54,487 bases of DNA from Octopus bimaculoides (Eukaryota). The stretch is from the NCBI RefSeq assembly GCF_001194135.2, contig NC_068983.1, positions 23,378,497-23,432,983 on the forward strand. Reading direction: 5' to 3'. Shown in pieces: positions 46,020 to 54,487 of the stretch. The first letter of the stretch is position 1. Each line of letters begins with the position of its first letter. The notes below the pieces were generated by a model, which was not told where the DNA came from, did not search any database, and was given only the letters and a program-made list of their open reading frames with translations. The position numbers were made by a program, and so were the translations under genes.

Positions 46020-49000
46020 CACAAGAAACAACTAAACATATTACAAATACCACAAACACTTTCCCACTTCTTCAGGAGATAAACTACACATATTTTTAAA
46101 AGTAGAGGAATCTACTAAAAAAACACCACAATAATGGCCGCATGGTCTTGAGGAAGAGCATTAATTAAATCCACCCCAACACATTCAACACTAGAAAAAT
46201 GAAGTAGACTCAGAACATGAATATATACTGGAAGGCATTTCACCCAGTACTCTCTGCCGCTCCACAATAATTCTAACTGTAAAACTGTTTCTAATTTTGG
46301 CACAAGGCCAGAAATTTTGAGGAGAATGGATAAGTCAATACCATTGACCCCAACACTTGACTTGCACTTTATTTTATTGAGCCAAAAGGATGAAATGTAA
46401 AGTTGACCTTAGGGAGATTGAAATTCAGAATGTAAAGAGCTAGAACAAATACTGCACTCTAACAATTCCTAATGTCTTTTTACTTCTACTGCTATTGTTT
46501 TGAGTTAGGCACAAGAACAGAAGTTTTAAGGGAAGGGGAACCCCAGTGCTTGAACCCAGAATATAAAGAGTCAGAAGAAATAAGGCATTTTGCCTGAAGC
46601 TCTAATGATCCTATCACACCACCATATTTAATATTTCTACAAAGGTACAAGCATCATAGTTTGGGGTAAGGGAACAGCTGATTATATTGACCCTAGTATT
46701 TTACTCTGGTAGATTAAAAGGCATAGTTCCTGTCTTGTCCTTATCTTTAGGTAAAACCATTACAAGAGATACAGACAAATAATTAATTCATAGAAAATAA
46801 AAGTAACACATTGTTACGGACCCATGTAATAAATTTAAATTAAAATTTAAAACACAAGGACAAGGCCACACACTTTGGGACTTGTGAATGTGTGTGGGTG
46901 TATATATATATATATATATATATATATNNNNNNNNNNNNNNNNNNNNNNNNNNNNNNNNNNNNNNNNNNNNNNNNNNNNNNNNNNNNNNNNNNNNNNNNN
47001 NNNNNNNNNNATATATTCGTTGTTTTAATGCTCACTTTTGCATACTTGCATGGGTTAGATGGAATTTACTGAGGCAGATTTTCTGTGGTTCGATGTCCTT
47101 CCTGTTGCCAACCCTCATTTATTTTGAAGCAAGATAATATTTCCCCATGGCTGGACATGATTGCATGGAAAATTGGAAAAGAATAACACTACTTATATGA
47201 TGGTGCCATCCATTTACAACTTGCATGCAATACCAAGACAAGGAGACATGGAAATACACTTGTCATATATATATACATACAGATAGATAGATAAATATAT
47301 ACATATATATGGTAGGTTTCTTTCAGTTTTCATCTACCAAATCCACTCACAAGGTTTTGCTTGGTCTGGAGCTATAGTAGAAGGCATTTGTCCAAGGTGC
47401 TATGAGGTGGGACTGAACCTGAAACCATGTGGTTGAGAAGCTAACTTATTAACCATACAGCTATGTGTGTGGCAGATAGCGTAGTCTGCTACAGTCTTCT
47501 GCCTAGCCAGCTCCTGTTAAACTGTCCAACCCATGCCAGCAAGGAAAACAGACCTTAAATGATGACAATGATTACAAGTGAGTAGGTAACACATTTATTG
47601 GGAGTTACATGTATGGATCAAAACAGTTTGATTCAGACTCCTTGGTACTCCGAGTTTCAAGCATGTCACTAGTCTTTGACCATTGGAGTCAGGCTCTGAC
47701 AGCTGCAGCTCCAAGGAGTTTGAATCAAACTGTTCTGATATATATATATATATATANNNNNNNNNNNNNNNNNNNNNNNNNNNNNNNNNNNNNNNNNNNN
47801 NNNNNNNNNNNNNNNNNNNNNNNNNNNNNNNNNNNNNNNNNNNNNNNNNNNNNNNNNNNNNNNNNNNNNNNNNNNNNNNNNNNNNNNNNNNNNNNNNNNN
47901 NNNNNNNNNNNNNNNNNNNNNNNNNNNNNNNNNNNNNNNNNNNNNNNNNNNNNNNNNNNNNNNNNNNNNNNNNNNNNNNNNNNNNNNNNNNNNNNNNNNN
48001 NNNNNNNNNNNNNNNNNNNNNNNNNNNNNNNNNNNNNNNNNNNNNNNNNNNNNNNNNNNNNNNNNNNNNNNNNNNNNNNNNNNNNNNNNNNNNNNNNNNN
48101 NNNNNNNNNNNNNNNNNNNNNNNNNNNNNNNNNNNNNNNNNNNNNNNNNNNNNNNNNNNNNNNNNNNNNNNNNNNNNNNNNNNNNNNNNNNNNNNNNNNN
48201 NNNNNNNNNNNNNNNNNNNNNNNNNNNNNNNNNNNNNNNNNNNNNNNNNNNNNNNNNNNNNNNNNNNNTATATATATATATATATTTCTGTGAGTGTGTC
48301 TGTGTTTGTCCACCCTACCACCCGCTTGACAATCGATGCTGGTGTGTTTATGTCCCCGTAATGTAGCGGTTCGCGATAAAATAAGTATTAGGCTTACAAA
48401 GAATAAGTCCTGGGGTCGATTTCTTCGACTAGCACCCTATAAGGAGGTGTTCCTGCATGGCCGCAGTCAAATGAGGGAAACAAGTAAAAAATAAAAGCAT
48501 ATATATATACATACATACACACACATACATATATATGTATACACTAGTAGAGTAAACAGATCTGAGTCGGTCTCAGCAATTAGGATTCATTGTTGTTCAA
48601 TCAACTGAATTAAATGCTCATTGAATAACTGAATTTGTGGAAGTGGCTAAATATTTCAGGTACACTATGGTAATCCTAGGGTAGAATCAGCAATACATAG
48701 TGTATCACAAGGCACAGCCCATTACAGGCACAGCCCATCTGGAAAATATTCGCAGTTTTCATTTACTTAATTTTACTCATTAGGCTTTAATCTACCACAA
48801 GTAATGTTAAAATTCACTCGTCCAAGAAGTTATGAAAGGGGATTTTGTGAATACAAAGCGAACTTCTTGACCATTCGACTATACCAGTATCCTCATACAC
48901 ACACATAATACCCGATTAAACTGATCTTATTGACTAAGTACGTGGTTTATCTACCCTTAGAACTTTGAGCAGCCAATGTCGATTTACGCTTTATTTGTAA

Positions 49001-50231
49001 TGAAAGACATACTGGATAATGTCGCCCAAAATAAAATAATCTCAAAAGACGATGTGGTCATGATCGGAACGCCTTTGACCATAGATCTGCTCAATCAAAG
49101 TAGGGAGTGTGGTATTACACAACAATCCCAAAATGATGAAAAGTAAAAATCTACTCAGAAGGAGCTTGAACGCATATTTCGTATTTGAAATAATCGTTTG
49201 ATCTCGAAGGGATTTGAACTCAGAACGTAAAGATCTGGAATAAATACAGTGAGGTAGTTAATTCGACGCCCTAACGATTCCACCTTTATTTCATGGTGTT
49301 TAGTTTCGTTAGTGAGGGTCACTTTGTTTTAAAAAGCGGTAAATATTCTACAAGATAAGCCATAACCACAGCACGTGTCGTGCCTCAAGGCATTAATATT
49401 TACAAACGGTATCACTTTATTTGATAACTTAATATTAATGACAGCCAATAAAGGAAAAAGTGATTTATGAAGATAGAGTCAAATATACTTCTTATAACAA
49501 CCAAAGGAAAGTGGGACACGACCCAGTGGCCAGCTAAATTAATTTTAGTGACGCTGGTGTATATAAACATTGAGAACACAGAATGGCAGAAGATAGAGAG
49601 AGAAATATAGAATAATGGAAGCTTTATTTACGTAGCAAATCGTGAAATCAAATATTTTCGGATAATCGAAGCTCCTTCTTAATTCTAACTGGTTGTAAAC
49701 ATTTGACTATTGCATTTATAATAAATAATTAAGGAGAAATTTATTTGGAAACTAGCTGATTATTTTTGCTTTGATTCCAGGTTATACAATAATGCAATTA
49801 GATAATGCATATGGAAATTTAATTAAATTAAGATCAGCTCTAGGGACGAATGATTTCAGATCTAATCTTTGATGTTTCCCCAACTTTTATAAAATAAAAA
49901 CCTAGTAGTTATAATAATATAAATCCTGAGATATTTTGTAAAGGAATCTTTGAGGCAAAATATATTTTGTAAATTTTATTTCAATTATATATAAAAAGAA
50001 AAGGAAATTTAGAATACTAAAAAAAACCCCCCAGAAAAATGAAATTATTAAAAATAATATAAAAAGAAAAACAATTCTACTTAGAAATATTCTGTAAGAT
50101 CGAAAATAATAACAAAAATAGTGAAGTGAGGAAATCTTAACTGTAAATATTTAAATTTCCTTATGATATTTGTGAGAGACAACAGCATAAATTGCTAGTT
50201 GCAAGTAAGTATGTAGTCTGACAAGGCTCAC

Positions 50232-50261
50232 CTGGTAAGAGAGCAATTCTCCCACATCCAT
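50232..50261 (-). CDS. CTNNBL1: CTNNBL1 (beta-catenin-like 1) coding exon 1
   Basis: ATG GAT GTG GGA GAA TTG CTC TCT TAC CAG/gtgag = MDVGELLSYQ, identical to the recalled vertebrate N-terminus. Confidence 0.96.
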
Positions 50262-50280
50262 GTTGACTGCATCAACTAGA

Positions 50281-50342
50281 ATTACGCATGCGTAATATAG
50301 TCACGTGCCACATTTCAACCAATCACCATTTTTCCAATGGCG
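50281..50342. promoter_or_regulatory. CTNNBL1 promoter motif cluster (palindrome, E-box, two CCAAT, YY1-like)
   Basis: ATTACGCATGCGTAAT 50281-50296; CACGTG 50302-50307; CCAAT 50319-50323 and 50334-50338; AATGGCG 50336-50342; locally CpG-rich. Confidence 0.55.
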
Positions 50343-50730
50343 ACCTCCGAGGAGTAGACAGAAGTGCTGTAGGATTCTACAACTCTTCGCTGCAATTAAT
50401 TGGATAAACACACAACTTTTATGTGCAAATATTTGGCTTGCTTATAAGCTATCTATCATTCGCTACGCAGACATTATTTTCAAAGGTAAGTCGGTGTTTT
50501 TACAAGGAAATTCTACGTTTTCTGTGTGTTTTAAAAGAAGGGTAATATGAAAATGAATTGTCCATGTAATATTTTTTACCTAATCATCCCTTTTTTTCAC
50601 TTCTTCTTTTCATATTTACATCGTTTCTCTCCTTTGCAGCTAAGGGCATATACTGTGCAATTATATATATATATATGTTTATTCGAATAACATTTGTTTT
50701 GTGTTCAATAAAATAAAATATAGCTTTTGA
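50340..50730 (+). ncRNA. Putative short spliced transcript divergent from CTNNBL1 (ends uncertain)
   Basis: Donor AAG/GTAAGT at 50486; branch CTAAT 50580-50584; AG-free pyrimidine tract to TGCAG/ at 50639; AATAAA at 50707 and 50712; no long ORF. Confidence 0.4.
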
Positions 50731-53332
50731 TTATGTTAAATCTCAATTCCAAAGAGAAAATGTGATTCAGTTTATGCGGCATGAGATCAGAATATATTCG
50801 GTGTTCACACGTTGATTGTAGTAATTGGTTTATTAATAAACAAAATCATTATTTGTTGCAATATTTGCTTTTTTAACATATCGATATCTGTTTTTTTGAT
50901 ATTTTTAAAGATTTTTTTTTGTTTTGTTCGATTGTAATTTTGTTTTAATACACAAAATACTTGCTAATCAGTTACAATACAACTGGTCAACGATGACTTG
51001 AGTAACGTCCCTTCAATATCACTCTTCTCTGTTTATGAACAGATCCGGCTTTTGTTCAACTGTTCAATACTAAATAAAGCTCTCTCTTAGGTTTCATAGA
51101 TGAATATCACGTCGAAGACATAACTCAATGAACCAGCCACGATCATGTACTTAAACCGAGCAAAGAATTCCATCTCAATTACACAAAAGAAAAGTTGGAT
51201 GAATGAAAATGATGTATCTGCTTATATAAAGGGGTCATATTTTTCTAAATTTTGGATCGAATAAACGGTTTTTTTTTTCGCATGTCGAATTTAAAGCTTC
51301 TAATTTGACACTTGGAAGTCGGCAAGTCTCTCTGGTGGTATAGCAGCAGACACCTGGTTTTATTCCTGGCGATGAATTTGCTGCTCACTTTTTTTTTTTC
51401 TAAGGGAATCTTATGTGATATTTTATAGACCCTTCATAGCTACATTTGAGATACACACCCACACACATCCTCAGCTCCTCCCAAACCCCGGATATTCATC
51501 ATCGACCACGCCTCCACCCTTGTTCATCATTCATGTATTCACATCTACCCCCATCTCTAACCATCTCTCATTCTCTTTTCACACTTTTGCAAACTTGCCC
51601 ATTCTTCCCGATCTTATATTCATCTTCTTATACATTGAAGGTATGCCCTGACATCTCATCACCAACATAGTTTCTCTCTCTTTCTCTTTAGAGTAGCCAT
51701 GTATCTCCTCCACAGCAAGACATCTGTTTCCGTCCCTGTGTTATATAGCCTCTCAATACCTAGCATAAAGCCACTTCCCTTAATATACATCCCCAGTCAG
51801 TCGAAGGGACTTGTTTTGTCAGTTACTTGTCGGTGCCTCGAAAAAAGCATCTAATACATTTTGCAAAGTGGTTGATGTTAAAAAGGGCATCATGCTGCAG
51901 AAACCATGCCAAAGCAGACATTGGGACTTGACACAGTTTGGTGGCTCGTTGGAAACTGTCAAACCATCCAATCCATGCTATCGACATTCACACACACGTT
52001 AGAGGGATCTGATGTAGCATGTAAGAAAGAAGGCTGCTGGTATGAACCTATGATGCACATGTTTGCAGACAGCTGTTTCAAGAAGTGCTGATCACTTAAC
52101 GTGGATTGAACTTGTGGAAGAGTGTGACCTAAGAAGACACGTGACTAAGTTGTGAAGGCTGATTTTGAACCTCAGAGAGGAGCTGATAAGGATAGATGGC
52201 AAAATTGAGATTTCGGGAACATGATTATGTATTATATACATGCACACATACATACAATTAGGTCCCTTGCCCAATGTTTTTCCTCCTAAAGCACCACCCA
52301 TCACCTCTATCACTGACCAACCTAAGTGCTGTATTTTGCTACTGTAATTAAACGAGAGCAGAAATGCATATTGCTTCATTTTCTGTAATACCAGTTATTT
52401 TTTTCACTACTTCATTTGTCATTCATCTTTTATTTTTAATTTTGTCCTTCTCCACTCACATTTTACATTAATCTCTGTTCCTGTGTACTGTCTGCCTCTT
52501 CTCTCACCCCCTTGCAACCTATCCACCCATTTCCATTTCCGTCATCCTTTTCCTGTCTACTGTTTTACTATTATTATTATTCTGCTGTTTTTCATTCCTT
52601 CTGCTGTGTCAGTCACCATCACTACTCCCTCTGTCTTCCCCCTTCAAGTCTTGTATCACTGATTCCCCATAACCTTGGACCACCATTCACTACATCTACC
52701 TTTCAACTCTACCCAATCACCTACTATTTCTCTGCCTTCCCACCAGCAAATATTTATCATCAATTACCCATTCACCCTTGTTATTCAGTCATTATATCTA
52801 CCACCTTGTGCATTCCTCATCTCTATTCCTCCCTCATTCTCCTCATACATGCTCCCATCTTAGACCTACCAACATTCCCACTTGTATTCACTTTCTACCC
52901 TCAGGGTCCATACAAACATTTCATCACCACTATTTTATCTCTTTCAGCTCTCTCTCTCTCTCCAGTTATCCCACCCATTTTTCTTTATTATATAAGTAGC
53001 CATGTAGCTCCTCACAACAGGAGGGCTGTTCACTTCAGGCCCTTTCTTTCTTACGTTAACTTCTTATCTCTTTGCATATAGCCACCATTCAATTCAAAGG
53101 GATTTTAGTCTTGTAAGCTACATGGCAATCTCACTAGTGCTGATGTTGTAAAAAAGCTACCCAGTACACTATGTAAAGTGATTGGGTGCCAGCTGTAGCA
53201 ACCGTAACAGACAGACATTTGAGAAGAATGCAACCCTTGTACCCATCAGATGCTATCAACCTTTCTAAGAACCTATTTCAACAAAGAAAATAAACATTAA
53301 AAGATGATGATAAACACATATACTGATATGTA

Positions 53333-53375
<43 letters not shown>

Positions 53376-53416
53376 CCAGCTGTTAAAAGAATAAAACAGC
53401 TGCCTTAGGAATTATA

Positions 53417-54215
53417 ATAGAGGTACCAAATTGTTAGACCATGTCATGAAAGTTAGGAGAGGATTATTGCCCAATTAATTACTTTAGGAATAGAATTAGA
53501 CTAGATGAGATGAAGTTTGGTTTTGTGCCAAGGAGAAGTATTACTGATGCCATCTTAGTTAGACAACTGTAACAGAAGCATTTAGCTAAGAATACTTGGC
53601 ATTTGTTGAGCTGGAAAAAGCCTTTGACAAAACTCTACTTCAAGTAAATGGCTCTGTTTGATATGTAGGAAAGGTGTAGGCAGGAATTCTGTACGATGTA
53701 TCAAGTGCAAACTATGGACATGCAAGAGGTGCAGTGGAATCAGTGGAAGGTTAATGAGAAAACCAGTGCTTATGTGTGGAAGATGCACCGGACTCATAAA
53801 ACTTAAGAATGCATGTAAAATAGATTTTCTCACTAGAAACTTCTCAGAGGCAGTAGATAGTTTCTGCTACATAGGTTGCCTAACTAGCAGTAGAGGATAA
53901 TGATTTGAATGTGTAGTTACTAGAATACAAATAAGAGGAAAATTCAGAGAGCTATCAACTCTGTTGACACAAAAATGACTTTTGCTCATAATAAAAGCAG
54001 GTTCTGTGATGCTTGTATAAAGGATCCCAAATGCAGAGTACATGCAAAAACTAGAGTGGGATAAAGCTGGGATATACACAATTAGACATGCAAAGTCAGT
54101 GTGACTGCATCATAAAGTACTAATGTATTTGGGGAAAAATTGGAGATGAGAAGAATCAGGTGTAATGTATGAAGGAAGAATGCACTATGAGGTTATGTGC
54201 TGAATATGGATAAAA
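53417..54215 (+). mobile_element. Degenerate RTE-clade LINE reverse-transcriptase fragment with a Cys-rich insert
   Basis: RGTKLLDHVMKV, LDEMKFGFVP, LAFVELEKAFD, then CLICRKGVGRNSVRCIKCKLWTCKRC..CGRC, EAVDSFCYIG, GKFRELSTLLT; stops and frameshifts. Confidence 0.85.
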
Positions 54216-54245
54216 ACAGATGCATTTATATGTATATAGGTATAC

Positions 54246-54487
54246 ATCATCATCATCGTTTAACGTCCGCTTTCCATGCTAGCATGGGTTGGACGATTTG
54301 ACTGAGGACTGGTGAAACCGGATGGCAACACCAGGCTCCAGTCTGATTTGGCAGAGTTTCTACAGCTGGATGCCCTTCCTAACGCCAACCACTCAGAGAG
54401 TGTAGTGGGTGCTTTTACGTGTCACCCGCACGAAAACGGCCACGCTCGAAATGGTGTCTTTTATGTGCCACCCGCACAAGCCAGTCC
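54246..54487 (-). mobile_element. Family A RTE 3' end, young, runs off the window
   Basis: About 6 substitutions and one small indel versus the 6085 copy over about 235 nt (counted by eye). Confidence 0.85.

Noticed and set aside
42510-48366. Long 200-350 aa ORFs in the track
   Set aside because: They are open only because they run through N-gaps and TA repeats; the same applies to 4468-4758 and 15592-16108.
19124-50261. Additional GT-AG type U12 introns in CTNNBL1
   Set aside because: All 14 other donors were read and none has GTATCCT.
50879-50886. DRE motif TATCGATA
   Set aside because: A single 8-mer about 620 nt from the CTNNBL1 ATG in AT-rich DNA; plausible by chance.
51075-51140. Possible coding exon of a divergent gene after ctcttag
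   Set aside because: All three frames stop within about 15 codons; no homology recognised.

Overview
AT-rich eukaryotic genomic DNA from a gapped short-read assembly (7 N-gaps). The repeat families and microsatellite load point to an octopus (inference). Two conserved genes lie tail-to-tail and both were rebuilt exon by exon with consistent phases. On the + strand is the mitochondrial Rieske Fe-S protein UQCRFS1 (4 coding exons, 5223-16955, 269 aa). On the - strand is the spliceosomal PRP19/CDC5L-complex protein CTNNBL1 (16 coding exons, 50261-19124, 559 aa). Each gene has one non-canonical intron: a GC-AG intron 1 in UQCRFS1, and a textbook U12-type AT-AC intron 4 in CTNNBL1, which also holds a Helentron-like element and has an in-frame cryptic GT-AG alternative. 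The rest is decayed LINEs (RTE, CR1, jockey-like), at least four tRNA-headed SINE families, TTAA-flanked MITEs and microsatellites. Least explained items: (1) a 278-bp foldback element whose 101-bp inverted arms enclose a degenerate tRNA cloverleaf, 73 nt from a CTNNBL1 splice donor; (2) an apparent short spliced non-coding transcript divergent from the CTNNBL1 promoter. No CRISPR, prokaryotic or defence-type system is present. Exon coordinates are exact; repeat boundaries are approximate. Homologue comparisons are from memory, not from a database search.
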